This document shows, piece by piece, positions 31,012 to 40,551 of a stretch of 64,000 nt of DNA (the first letter of the stretch is position 1; each line of letters begins with the position of its first letter). The stretch spans positions 523,014 through 587,013 of the forward strand of contig JAQTTB010000001.1 of the NCBI GenBank assembly GCA_028710985.1, given 5' to 3'. This stretch comes from Patescibacteria group bacterium. Its GTDB lineage: Bacteria > Patescibacteriota > Patescibacteriia > JAHJFT01. The position numbers and the translations under genes are program-made. The notes under the pieces are model-generated. The model ran no database searches and was not told the origin of the DNA. It was given only the letters and a program-made list of their open reading frames with translations.

Positions 31012-31623
31012 CTAGGGAATAAGGGAGAGCAGCTTGAGCCACTCGGGCTTGATGGTGTCCGCGCCGGTGGGAAACTTGCCGGAGCGGATATTTCCGAGCG
31101 CCTGCTCAAGGCGCGACTTCGTGTTCTCCTCGCTCGCAAGCGTGTGCGTGCTCGGCAGTTTCTTTTTGAAGCCCATGAATTCCTCGTAGGCGGCATATAC
31201 CACGAACTTCGCGCCCTCGGGCTTGGCAACCGGGCTCGGTTCGCTGATCGTCATGCGCACGTAGCCGTACTGGTTATCATCAATGGCCTCGGAATCCATC
31301 CAGTGGCCGCTCCAGAACGGGCCGTCGCCTTCGCGCCGCAGGTAGTAGATGTAGAAATGCGACGATGAGTATATTTTGAAGAAAGCTATGAGGTCGTCTT
31401 CAATGAGCCCCTGGATGACCGAGTCCCCGTAGCGGTCTTTCAGGCCGCCGACGAAATATTTGTCCTCCGTATCGACGTAGAGCTGGCCCGCGAAGTCGAC
31501 GGGCGGATATACTCCTCCGTCATAATTGGCTTCGACGAACTTGCCGCTGACCAAACTTATTTTCAGCATGTTTTCCTCCTCGCTGAACAAAGAATATAAT
31601 GCATGAGGCGCGGTGTCAAGCAA
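31012..31623 (-). CDS. Hypothetical protein
   Basis: 203-aa ORF. The track start appears to be non-ATG; an internal ATG (MLKISLVSGKF) near 31569 is the more likely start. No recognised domain. Confidence 0.45.
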   Translation of the reverse strand: MLDTAPHALYSLFSEEENMLKISLVSGKFVEANYDGGVYPPVDFAGQLYVDTEDKYFVGGLKDRYGDSVIQGLIEDDLIAFFKIYSSSHFYIYYLRREGDGPFWSGHWMDSEAIDDNQYGYVRMTISEPSPVAKPEGAKFVVYAAYEEFMGFKKKLPSTHTLASEENTKSRLEQALGNIRSGKFPTGADTIKPEWLKLLSLIP

Positions 31624-31658
31624 TTGATTTTTGCCGCGTTTAGTATAAAATACTCAAC

Positions 31659-32675
31659 ATGTTCACCTCTGACTTTAACTACAATCTTCCGCAAGAACTC
31701 ATCGCCCAGTCGCCGGCCCGGCCGCGCGACAGCTCGCGGCTCATGGTTCTCGACCGAAAAACCGGCGCAATCGAGCACCAGCATTTTTATGATTTGCCGG
31801 AATTCCTGAAATCCGGCGATGTTTTGGTATTCAATGAAACCAAAGTTTTCAAGGCGCGGCTCATGGGAAAACTCGGCGGCCGTGAAATTGAAATATTTCT
31901 CTTGCGCGAGCGGGACGGATTATGGCAGGCGCTTGCCCGGCCGGCAAAATTACTTGAAACCGGAGCGGAAATTAATTTTCCGGGTGGTCTCGTCGCCACG
32001 GTCGCGGATAAAGATAGCCAGGGCATCGTGGCAATAAAGTTTAATTTGTCCGAAGACGAACTCATGGCCGCGATTTCGGAGATCGGCAAGGTGCCCACGC
32101 CGCCGTACATAAAAACTTTGGCCGAGCTCGAAGATTATCAGACCGTCTATGCCAAGAATACGGGTTCGGTCGCCGCGCCCACGGCCGGCTTTCATTTCAC
32201 TTCCGAACTTTTGGAAAAATTGAAAACCGCGGGCGTGTCCTTGGAATTTTTGACGCTTCATGTCGGGCTTGGCACATTCCGCCCGGTTCAATCCGAAAAT
32301 CTCGAAGACCACGAAATGCACGCCGAGTTTGTCGAGCTTGACGCCGAAACCGCGGATCGCATCAGCCGGGCGAAGCAGGAGGGGAGGCGAATAATCGCCA
32401 TCGGCACAACCACCACGCGGGCGCTTGAAGGCATTGCCGCTACAAATCACGGCGCGCTTAAAGAATTTCGCGGGGACATAAATATTTTTATCAAACCCGG
32501 TTTTGAATTCAAAATTATTGACGGGCTGATTACCAATTTTCATCTTCCCAAATCAACCCTGCTTGTTTTGGTCTCGGCCTTGGCCGGCCGCGAAAAAATT
32601 CTCGCCGCGTATCAAGAGGCAGTCAATCAAAAATATCGGTTTTATTCTTTCGGCGACGCCATGCTGATTACTTAG
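31659..32675 (+). CDS. queA: S-adenosylmethionine:tRNA ribosyltransferase-isomerase
   Basis: MFTSDFNYNLPQELIAQSPARPRDSSRLMVLDR; full-length QueA. Confidence 0.9.
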   Translation: MFTSDFNYNLPQELIAQSPARPRDSSRLMVLDRKTGAIEHQHFYDLPEFLKSGDVLVFNETKVFKARLMGKLGGREIEIFLLRERDGLWQALARPAKLLETGAEINFPGGLVATVADKDSQGIVAIKFNLSEDELMAAISEIGKVPTPPYIKTLAELEDYQTVYAKNTGSVAAPTAGFHFTSELLEKLKTAGVSLEFLTLHVGLGTFRPVQSENLEDHEMHAEFVELDAETADRISRAKQEGRRIIAIGTTTTRALEGIAATNHGALKEFRGDINIFIKPGFEFKIIDGLITNFHLPKSTLLVLVSALAGREKILAAYQEAVNQKYRFYSFGDAMLIT

Positions 32676-32723
32676 AGACCATGTCTTGCTAAATTCATCT
32701 TTTTCTGCTAACATTACCTAACT

Positions 32724-33761
32724 ATGCAAACCGTTGAATCCGTAACCATGGGCCATCCGGACAAGATCTGCGACCAGATTGCCGATTCAATTTTGGATGA
32801 ATATCTGCGTCGCGATCCGGACGCGCGCGTGGCGATTGAAGTTTTTGGCGGCCATGGCGCGTTGTTTATCGGCGGCGAGGTAACGAGCCGCGAATCTTTT
32901 GATATTTCAAATCTGGCGCTCTCGGTTTACCGCGACATCGGCTACCGCGACGCACTTGAACCGTTCGTAAATATCGAATCCCAGTCTCCGGAAATCGCGT
33001 CCGCGGTTGACGATGGCGGCGCCGGCGACCAGGGCATCATGTACGGTTATGCCACGCTCGAGACTCCGGAGTTTCTTCCGGCCGCCCTGGTCCATGCGCG
33101 CAACCTGACCCGCCGGCTTACCGACCTTTCGCGCAATCACCAGGATTTTTACTGGCTCGGGCCGGACGGCAAGTCGCAGGTCACGGTTCAGGCCGGCCGC
33201 GTTTCCCACGTGGTTGTTTCATCCCAGCACGCCGAGGACATGGAGCTCGCTGAAGTGCGTTCACAAATCAAACAACATGTCGTTACGCCGGTCATCGGAA
33301 ACATTGACGGCGCGGAAATTATCATTAACCCGGCCGGTCCGTTTACCCGCGCCGGATTCTCGGCCGACGCCGGACTCACTGGCCGCAAAATCATGGTTGA
33401 TACCTACGGCGGACTTTTGCCCGCCGGCGGCGGAGCTTTTTCCGGCAAGGACCCTTCCAAGGTTGATCGTTCGGCCGCGTATATGGCGCGTTTTGCCGCC
33501 AAGAACCTGGTGGCCAATGGTTTTGCCAAAAACTGCCTGGTTTCCGTGGCTTATGCCATCGGCCGGGCAGAGCCGGTCATGCTCGCGGCGCGCGACGGCA
33601 AAGGCAGGGACCTCACTGCGGTTCTCAAGGAAAAATTTGACTTCCGGCCAAAGGCAATTATTGAGCGCCTGGATCTCAAGCGCCCGATTTACCGCGACAC
33701 CGCGGCCAACGGCCATTTTGGCCGCGAAGGTTTGTCGTGGGAAGAGGTAGTTAATATTTAA
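32724..33761 (+). CDS. metK: S-adenosylmethionine synthetase (short form)
   Basis: Carries the GHPDKICDQIADSILDEYL N-terminal signature. It is 345 aa, shorter than the canonical MetK. Confidence 0.75.
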   Translation: MQTVESVTMGHPDKICDQIADSILDEYLRRDPDARVAIEVFGGHGALFIGGEVTSRESFDISNLALSVYRDIGYRDALEPFVNIESQSPEIASAVDDGGAGDQGIMYGYATLETPEFLPAALVHARNLTRRLTDLSRNHQDFYWLGPDGKSQVTVQAGRVSHVVVSSQHAEDMELAEVRSQIKQHVVTPVIGNIDGAEIIINPAGPFTRAGFSADAGLTGRKIMVDTYGGLLPAGGGAFSGKDPSKVDRSAAYMARFAAKNLVANGFAKNCLVSVAYAIGRAEPVMLAARDGKGRDLTAVLKEKFDFRPKAIIERLDLKRPIYRDTAANGHFGREGLSWEEVVNI

Positions 33762-33770
33762 TTTATATTT

Positions 33771-34388
33771 ATGCAAAAAGCTGCTATAATTTTTTTGATA
33801 TTCGGCGCCCTCGCGCTTTCCGGCTGCGGCGAGCCGGTTGAGTATAATATTCCAGAAAATAATAACGACACAACTATGCAAAATGCGCAGACGTATTTTT
33901 TTCCCGGCCGGCTCGCGGACGAAGAGATTAAAAACAAAGTCGTGGTTATCGGAACCGCCAAGGGCGACATCGCGTTCGAGCTTTATGCCGACGAAGCGCC
34001 GCTTACGGTTTCCAACTTTATTTATCTCGCCAAGGCGGGGTTTTATAACGATCTGACATTTCATCGCGTTGAGCCCGGATTCGTGGTCCAGGGCGGCGAT
34101 CCGTCCGGCAACGGCACCGGCGGCCCGGGCTACACCGTGCCCGCGGAAATCGTGCCGACCCTGAAACACGTGAAGGGCGCGGTCGCCATGGCGCGGCTTC
34201 CTGACCAGGTTAATCCGGAGAAAGCCTCAAGCGGCAGCCAATTTTACATAACTCTCGATGAAACGTCATTTCTCGACGGCCAGTATACGATTTTCGGTAA
34301 GGTGATTGACGGCATGGCCGTTGTTGAAAAAATTCAAATTGGCGACAAAATAACTTCGATTAAAATCCAGGACAAAGAATCTAATTAA
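33771..34388 (+). CDS. Cyclophilin-type peptidyl-prolyl cis-trans isomerase lipoprotein
   Basis: Lipobox LALSGC. Carries FHRVEPGFVVQGGDP...GTGGPGY cyclophilin motifs. Confidence 0.85.
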   Translation: MQKAAIIFLIFGALALSGCGEPVEYNIPENNNDTTMQNAQTYFFPGRLADEEIKNKVVVIGTAKGDIAFELYADEAPLTVSNFIYLAKAGFYNDLTFHRVEPGFVVQGGDPSGNGTGGPGYTVPAEIVPTLKHVKGAVAMARLPDQVNPEKASSGSQFYITLDETSFLDGQYTIFGKVIDGMAVVEKIQIGDKITSIKIQDKESN

Positions 34389-34390
34389 TT

Positions 34391-35572
34391 TTGCCCGACC
34401 TGCCTGCCGGCAGGCAGGTTCACCGTATGACCAAGAGGCCGCCATTTTTTAGCAAACCATCCAGGATCATTCTCTGGGTTGCGATTTGCGCGACTGTAAT
34501 TTTTTCAATTTATATTCTTGTCATGCCCAAGGGAAGTACGAAGCAGATCGAGCTCGTGAGCCTCCCAAAGAGAATGCCCACGCCCGAAGAGGTGCGTGGG
34601 ATTTATGTTACTTCGTTCATCGCCGCCCAGCCCGAATTGCGCCAGGAGCTCGTAAATCTCGTTGACCGTACCGACCTCAATACAATGGTTATTGATATCA
34701 AAGATGCCTTAGGCAACCTTGCGTTTGAACCGCGCCGGCCGACTTTCCGCGATATCGGACGCTCCGATATGCAGATAACCGATTTTAGCGAATGGCTTGC
34801 GGACTTGCATGACCGCGGCATCTATACGGTGGCGCGCATGCCGGTTTTTCAGGACGAGGCGCTGGCCCAGGTGCATCCCGAGTGGGCGATTCGCCGGCAG
34901 AGCGGCGGGGTCTGGCATGACTGGCAAGGCAAGGCCTGGATCGATCCGGGCTCCCAGGAAGCCTGGGAGTACATCGCCGACACGGCGCGTGAGGCCTATG
35001 ACCTTGGTTTTGATGAAGTGAATTTTGACTATATCCGCTTTCCTTCGGACGGGGATCTCTCGCAGATTGTATATACCTATCACCGCAACGATGAAAGACG
35101 CAAATATGTCACCATGGAGGAATTCTATGAATGGCTGGACTCGGAGTTGAACTATCTGCCGATCCCGTTGTCTGTCGATCTTTTCGGGCTAACGTATGTC
35201 AAACAGAATCAGGAAGACGATATGAATATCGGCCAGCGCATCGCCGATGCGATTGAACATTTTGAATATATCTGCCCCATGGTTTACGCGAGCCATTATC
35301 CGGCTGGATTTTTGGGATATGAAAACCCGGCGGAACATCCGTACGAAATCGTGAAAGACAGTCTGACTATCGGCGCGGAAATCATCCAGGAATACGGCGG
35401 CGATCCGCATCAGTCGCGGCCGTGGATTCAGGATTTTAACATGGGTGCGGATTACACGCCGGAAATGGTGCGCGGTCAGATTAATGCCGAGCGTGAAGTT
35501 GGTGCAAGTGGTTTCGTCGCCTGGAACGCGCGCAACATTTACTCCGAAGAGGCTTTTAAAAATCTTGAATAA
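34391..35572 (+). CDS. Putative glycoside-hydrolase-like TIM-barrel protein with an N-terminal TM anchor. It may correspond to the GHL10/DUF4015-type family.
   Basis: Single N-terminal TM; VRGIYVTSFIAAQPE...MVIDIKDALGNLAFEP. The family assignment is recalled, not searched. Confidence 0.35.
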   Translation: MPDLPAGRQVHRMTKRPPFFSKPSRIILWVAICATVIFSIYILVMPKGSTKQIELVSLPKRMPTPEEVRGIYVTSFIAAQPELRQELVNLVDRTDLNTMVIDIKDALGNLAFEPRRPTFRDIGRSDMQITDFSEWLADLHDRGIYTVARMPVFQDEALAQVHPEWAIRRQSGGVWHDWQGKAWIDPGSQEAWEYIADTAREAYDLGFDEVNFDYIRFPSDGDLSQIVYTYHRNDERRKYVTMEEFYEWLDSELNYLPIPLSVDLFGLTYVKQNQEDDMNIGQRIADAIEHFEYICPMVYASHYPAGFLGYENPAEHPYEIVKDSLTIGAEIIQEYGGDPHQSRPWIQDFNMGADYTPEMVRGQINAEREVGASGFVAWNARNIYSEEAFKNLE

Positions 35573-35573
35573 A

Positions 35574-35612
35574 AAAAGTACGGGTAGCATATATGCGACC
35601 CGTACTTTTTTT
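35574..35612. terminator. Bidirectional terminator gtacgggtagcatatatgcgacccgtac (GCATATATGCG-loop family)
   Basis: Lies between convergent genes and is flanked by an A-run and a T-run. Confidence 0.55.
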
Positions 35613-37233
35613 AATATAATTCTTCTTTTTTCTCTTTGAAGAAATTCACAAAATCTTCAAGCGATTCAATGAGCGCCTTGAACGGCGCTTCAATTATAAC
35701 GTCAAAGATAAATATAAAGAAGTTGATTTTTACGGATTTGAGCGACAGCCATCGGCCGAGCCGGACAATCGGCAAAAAGAGCAGGTCAAAAATCAAAGTT
35801 ATGATATTGCCGCTCGAGCGAATGACGATAAGTTCGTGCGCACTTTGCCGGATTCTGACCCCGAAAAAGCTGATTAAGCTCAGGAACACAATGAATATCG
35901 CGCCGCTCGCGATATTGAATTCAAGTCGGCGCAACCCGTAAATGATAAGTCCAAGGACTCCGACAAAAACCACGGCGTAGATAATATTAAAAATGAAAGT
36001 TACAATCGGGCTGCGGCGCACCACGGTTTGCATGACGATTTTCCCCTGCTCTTCGGGGCTCTTAAAAATTATTTCGCGTAAACCGTCAACGATTTTTTCC
36101 GTGTTCTTTTTGGAAGGAACACGCACCGTCGCGCCGAGGAAGAACATGAGGAGCGGCGGGAAGAGTACGTTTATAGTAACCGGAATGTAGCGGAATTCAT
36201 GGGCGATATAAATATCAAACGGTACCTCGAGGAGAACCGCAAGCACCATTTTTGTGAGAAAAATATAGATCACACTGCGCACCATGCTGCGGCGCAGTTT
36301 GCTCCGGGATTCGTGATAACGGCTGTCGCAGGATTTCCGTATTTCTGAAAAAAACGCTTCTTCCGGACGGAAGGCTGTGCGCGCGAGTTCCGGCTTCTCG
36401 AGGAGTACATCCCGCAGAATGTCGAAAAACACCGTATGCTGCCGGAAGATGCGCAACATTTTTTCGCCGACCGGTTTAACGGCGATGGATTCAATCATTT
36501 TTATTATTTTTTCAAATTCGCGTGCGTAATTTTCTAAATTCTGCTCGCTTGGGGATGACCATTCGGGCCACATCTTTCTTATCATTTCGTAGCGGATGAT
36601 GCCCATGTCGGCTTTCCAGAGAGAACGGAGGTTTGCCACAAAAAGGAGGTAGTCTTTTTCCAGCTCACTCACGCGCAGATCCACGAAATGAACTTTATTG
36701 CTGACCGTCTGCAGCATGAACTGGAGAAGCGCGCGTTCGCGGTCCTTGGGCAGGAGAAGATCCTCAATTTCCGCGGCCGCGGCGCTCCAGAGCCAGTCGA
36801 TATTGCTCCGGTTGTAGGCGCGCGGGTCGGTTTCATTGATTTTTTCTAAAAGAAAAAAATACTTGGAGAGCACCTGCTCTATTTCAAGTATCTTTGTTTC
36901 CGGCACCGTATTATTTTTAAGATATCCGCCGCGGATAAGTTCGTAGGTCAGCGGCCGCGCGATTTCCTGGGATTCAACCCCCGGATAGATGCGGCGTTTG
37001 AGTATCCTCTGGATTGCATTTTTCCGGAGCAGATGGTCGTCCTTATAGTCAACAATGTTGCGGAATCTTTCGTAGACATAGGCAAGCGCGCCGATGATTA
37101 CGTTCACCTGAATCTTTGCGGCACTGGGAGCCGATTCGCCGGCGTGCATTGCCCGTACGTATGAGCTTAAAAATTTTTCCACCAGGGGATATAACTTTAT
37201 GGCCGAGGTGTTTTGCTGATTTGGAATCATCAT
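35611..37233 (-). CDS. Large hypothetical protein with a C-terminal multi-TM region
   Basis: 540 aa. The N-terminal part is soluble and the C-terminal part has about 5 TM helices. No recognised motif. Confidence 0.5.
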   Translation of the reverse strand: MMIPNQQNTSAIKLYPLVEKFLSSYVRAMHAGESAPSAAKIQVNVIIGALAYVYERFRNIVDYKDDHLLRKNAIQRILKRRIYPGVESQEIARPLTYELIRGGYLKNNTVPETKILEIEQVLSKYFFLLEKINETDPRAYNRSNIDWLWSAAAAEIEDLLLPKDRERALLQFMLQTVSNKVHFVDLRVSELEKDYLLFVANLRSLWKADMGIIRYEMIRKMWPEWSSPSEQNLENYAREFEKIIKMIESIAVKPVGEKMLRIFRQHTVFFDILRDVLLEKPELARTAFRPEEAFFSEIRKSCDSRYHESRSKLRRSMVRSVIYIFLTKMVLAVLLEVPFDIYIAHEFRYIPVTINVLFPPLLMFFLGATVRVPSKKNTEKIVDGLREIIFKSPEEQGKIVMQTVVRRSPIVTFIFNIIYAVVFVGVLGLIIYGLRRLEFNIASGAIFIVFLSLISFFGVRIRQSAHELIVIRSSGNIITLIFDLLFLPIVRLGRWLSLKSVKINFFIFIFDVIIEAPFKALIESLEDFVNFFKEKKEELY

Positions 37234-37357
37234 ATTTTGCTTAAAATATAATCCAAATCCGGTCTTTTGTCAATTTAAGTTTTTAGCAGGTGACGATTTT
37301 GCCTTCGGTTAAAATATGTGATAAAATACATTCATAAAAAAATAATTTATTAATAAT

Positions 37358-37654
37358 ATGAGAAAGTTATTTGCATTGTTCACGGTATTCGCGCTCGTTG
37401 CTCTGATGGGCGCCGGCTGCGCTCTCTCAATTTCTCCGGAAGAGAAACCGGTGACCGTGCCGAGCGAAGAGGTGCCCGTGCCCACGGCCGATGAGATTGG
37501 CGAGGTAGATGTTGTCGAAGAAGGCGAGGCCGAAAGCGAGAAGAGCATCGACGAATTGATCGGGGAAGCAGATGGCTTAGAGGAAGAAGCCGCCGGTACT
37601 CTAAATGATCTGCAAAATATTGACGACTCGCAGGATAATAAAGTGAATTTATAA
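37358..37654 (+). CDS. Small acidic lipoprotein (lipobox LMGAGC)
   Basis: Signal peptide plus lipobox, followed by a Glu/Asp-rich low-complexity tail. Confidence 0.5.
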   Translation: MRKLFALFTVFALVALMGAGCALSISPEEKPVTVPSEEVPVPTADEIGEVDVVEEGEAESEKSIDELIGEADGLEEEAAGTLNDLQNIDDSQDNKVNL

Positions 37655-37658
37655 ATAT

Positions 37659-38345
37659 ATGAAAAATAAAATTATTTTCGGTTTCGCGCTCGCGGCCCTT
37701 TCCGCGACGATCGGTTTTTCCGCATTGGCGCTCACTCCGCTGGTCGATGAGCAGACCAAGCTCGACAGCTGGCGTACGCTCGGTCTTAATATGATTGAGA
37801 ATCGCCTCAGCGTTCTTTCTACGGCGGACACTCTTTTGTCTCAGGCCGCGCTTGTTTCCGACCGGGTAAAAGCCGACCTCTCGACCGAGATTCAAAATAA
37901 CGAAGCCAGCCTTAGTGCGCTCAAGGACGAGATCAGCGCCGAAACCGCACTTGACGCCATGAAGCAGAAAGTCGCTTCCATTGTTGAGCAATACCGAATT
38001 TACATCGTCGTGCTTCCCAAAACATATGGTTTCGCCACGGCGAGCCGTTTCCGCTCCCTTGAGGCCAAGGTGGATGTCTTAGCCGACAAGATTGAAGAAG
38101 AATCCGTGGATGACTCAAGTGAGGCAAAGTCGCTGATCGAGCAGGCGCGGAATCTCTTGGTTTTGGCTGAACAGAAAATTGATTTAGCGGAACAGAAATA
38201 CAGCGCCATGAGCGTGGAAAATTATCTGCAGGCCGCGGCATTGAATTTTGAAGCGCGTGCTTATCTCATTGAAGTAAAGGGCTATCTGCACGATGCCCTT
38301 GCCAAGGTAAAGCAGGCTGTGGACATACTAAAATCCGGCGAATAA
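37659..38345 (+). CDS. Secreted coiled-coil hypothetical protein
   Basis: Signal peptide followed by heptad-rich helical sequence. A terminator follows at 38355-38390. Confidence 0.5.
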   Translation: MKNKIIFGFALAALSATIGFSALALTPLVDEQTKLDSWRTLGLNMIENRLSVLSTADTLLSQAALVSDRVKADLSTEIQNNEASLSALKDEISAETALDAMKQKVASIVEQYRIYIVVLPKTYGFATASRFRSLEAKVDVLADKIEEESVDDSSEAKSLIEQARNLLVLAEQKIDLAEQKYSAMSVENYLQAAALNFEARAYLIEVKGYLHDALAKVKQAVDILKSGE

Positions 38346-38460
38346 TTAAATGAAAAATGCCCCGAGTCTATCGCGGGCATTTTTTTGTCGGCCGGGTGAT
38401 TGACATTTTTCCGCCGTTATGGTTAGGTTTAATCAGCACTTTGAGAAGGAGGGACGTTTC

Positions 38461-38946
38461 ATGGATCCGACAGAAAATCCGAAAAAGAATCCGGCAACCT
38501 GTCCGCACGCTTCGATGCATGAAATCACTTTCGGCAATATTTGCGACGATTGCGGTCTCGTCTTTCCGGGCGACGTGTTTCTCGACGAACTCCGTTGGGC
38601 CGTGGAAAATAATGCCACGCCGCCCTGCCCGGTTTGCGGCCAAGACCTTTCGCTGGTCGAGGATCAGGGAGGAGTCTTCGTCTGTGGCCACTGCAATAAT
38701 CGGACCGAATATCCCAAAGATATTGGCAAGATAATCCTCGCAATTAAAGACCCGTCTTTCAAAAGTCGCACATTCTACCCCCTCGTCGACCGCGTTCGCT
38801 TGCTCGCGAGGTGTCCCTATTGTGAGAAGGACAGGCTGGGACGCATCGCCGAGCTCGCGGTCAAGTGCTTGGATTGCGGACTGACGATCCGCCGTTGTCC
38901 AGACGGGGACGATCTAGTATTCGAGTTCTTCTTCTCCAGGAAATAA
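38461..38946 (+). CDS. Multi-CxxC zinc-ribbon hypothetical protein
   Basis: An AAGGAGG RBS precedes the ATG at 38461. There are four CxxC pairs: CPHAS...CDDCG, CPVCGQ...CGHCNN, CPYCEK...CLDCG. Confidence 0.45.
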   Translation: MDPTENPKKNPATCPHASMHEITFGNICDDCGLVFPGDVFLDELRWAVENNATPPCPVCGQDLSLVEDQGGVFVCGHCNNRTEYPKDIGKIILAIKDPSFKSRTFYPLVDRVRLLARCPYCEKDRLGRIAELAVKCLDCGLTIRRCPDGDDLVFEFFFSRK

Positions 38947-39046
38947 TCGAACAGCCGAACGGTCACCCCGATCGGCTGATTTTTTTTGCTAATAATGCCG
39001 AAAGTTGGTATAATATAATCAAATTAATTCAATAATAATCCACCTT

Positions 39047-39301
39047 ATGACGCAAAACATTCTTGATATTACATCCGGCGATTGGCTCGCTTTCAGCGGG
39101 GCATCCGTCCTGATGATTGTTCTCATCATCTGGGCTCTTTTCTGGAAGGGCTGGGCGCTTTGGCGCGCCGCGCGCAACGGGCACAAGATCTGGTACATCG
39201 CGCTATTAATTCTTAACACAGTCGGCATCCTGGAGATACTCTATATTTTTATCTGGGGAAAGTCCAAGAGCGAAAAGCCGGGCATTCCGCCGGCCGCATA
39301 A
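39047..39301 (+). CDS. Small 2-TM membrane protein, possibly of the PLD-nuclease N-terminal-domain type.
   Basis: A TTGCTA-17-TATAAT promoter lies upstream. The sequence IIWALFWKGWALW...ILEILYIFIWGK resembles PLDc_N. A terminator lies downstream. Confidence 0.4.
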   Translation: MTQNILDITSGDWLAFSGASVLMIVLIIWALFWKGWALWRAARNGHKIWYIALLILNTVGILEILYIFIWGKSKSEKPGIPPAA

Positions 39302-39385
39302 ATTAATAAATAAAATACCCTGAGTTTATCGAAGGGTATTTTTATTAAAAAAAGGCCGTCCCAAGGAGGGAGCGGCAGAGCGCGG

Positions 39386-39598
39386 TTAGCTGTGGATTCT
39401 TATCGCGATGTGCGACGGAATCGCCATGGCTAACCCGACGAGCATGACAAGGATCAGGAACCAGCGCGCTGTTTCCGGATCCACGAAGATGTAGGCGATA
39501 AATCCGCCGAATGTTGCGAAGATGCCTACAAACCGGATGGCATGGAGCAGTGCAGTCCGAGTACCTTCACTTCGCGACCTCGCATCCAGGTTGTTCAT
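39386..39598 (-). CDS. Small membrane protein (hypothetical)
   Basis: 70 aa with an AAGGAGG RBS on the minus strand and two hydrophobic helices. Confidence 0.4.
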   Translation of the reverse strand: MNNLDARSRSEGTRTALLHAIRFVGIFATFGGFIAYIFVDPETARWFLILVMLVGLAMAIPSHIAIRIHS

Positions 39599-39684
39599 TC
39601 CTACCTCCTTTTCTCGGACAAGGATAGAGGATACACTATTTTCGTATTTTTGTCAATCCTCCGGACAAATGGTAGAATTAAACC

Positions 39685-40551
39685 ATGTTTATTTATCTTA
39701 TCCAAATAGTCTGTTTCGTGCTCTTCGGCGTTCTGGCAGTAATCGCGCTGCGCCGCCGTGAGCTTTGGACTTTGTTCGTGGCGACGATTTACGCCGCTTT
39801 TTTTGAAAATCTCGACATCATCATTTCCCGCGGAGAGTTTGGCAGTTACACCTATGATCCCCATCTTATCCTCATCGTCATTCAAACCCCGCTTTTTGTC
39901 ATTCTGTCCTGGGGCATAATTTTTTACTCATCATTCCTGCTTGCGAAAGGGCTGACCCGAAAGTTTTGGATTCAGGCGCTCTCCGTGCCTCTTCTCGCAA
40001 CAATTATAGATTTGACCATGGATCCGGTGGCCACACGGCTTGGGTTGTGGTCATGGCAGGGCTATGGCGCGCACGACGGCATTCTCGGCGTGCCGCTCGC
40101 GAATTTCATGGGCTGGTATCTCGTAGTGTTTGCACTCATGATCACCTTGCGCCTTATCGGTCACATTGATTTTTTGGGACGAACGGGCCGCAATGTCATC
40201 ATGCCAATTTTTTCCTGCGGGCTTTTTTTTATTTTTTTCGCTGCGTTCAGTTTTACGGCCAATGCGTTCGGCCTGAATATTTCAAATCAGTTTAATTTTA
40301 TCCAATTTTTCTTTCCGCCGGTTGCGGCGGCTTGCATTATCGGTTGGATATTATTTCCGGGAAAAATCAGCATCAGTCGTAGCCATCTTTTTTGGATGTA
40401 TGCATCGCGTGGGCTTTTCTACATATTTTCGGTTTACGGATTAATCGCTCTGGGCTTCTGGAAAGAGCCGGTGTTCATTATTCTGCTGGTCTTCTCGCTG
40501 GTTATCGAAATCATTGCAGGTATAAAATTTAAAATAAATGCCAAGACTTAG
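39685..40551 (+). CDS. Polytopic membrane protein (hypothetical)
   Basis: 288 aa, about 8 TM helices. A TTGTCA-17-TAGAAT promoter ends only about 6 nt before the ATG, so the mRNA may be leaderless. Confidence 0.5.
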   Translation: MFIYLIQIVCFVLFGVLAVIALRRRELWTLFVATIYAAFFENLDIIISRGEFGSYTYDPHLILIVIQTPLFVILSWGIIFYSSFLLAKGLTRKFWIQALSVPLLATIIDLTMDPVATRLGLWSWQGYGAHDGILGVPLANFMGWYLVVFALMITLRLIGHIDFLGRTGRNVIMPIFSCGLFFIFFAAFSFTANAFGLNISNQFNFIQFFFPPVAAACIIGWILFPGKISISRSHLFWMYASRGLFYIFSVYGLIALGFWKEPVFIILLVFSLVIEIIAGIKFKINAKT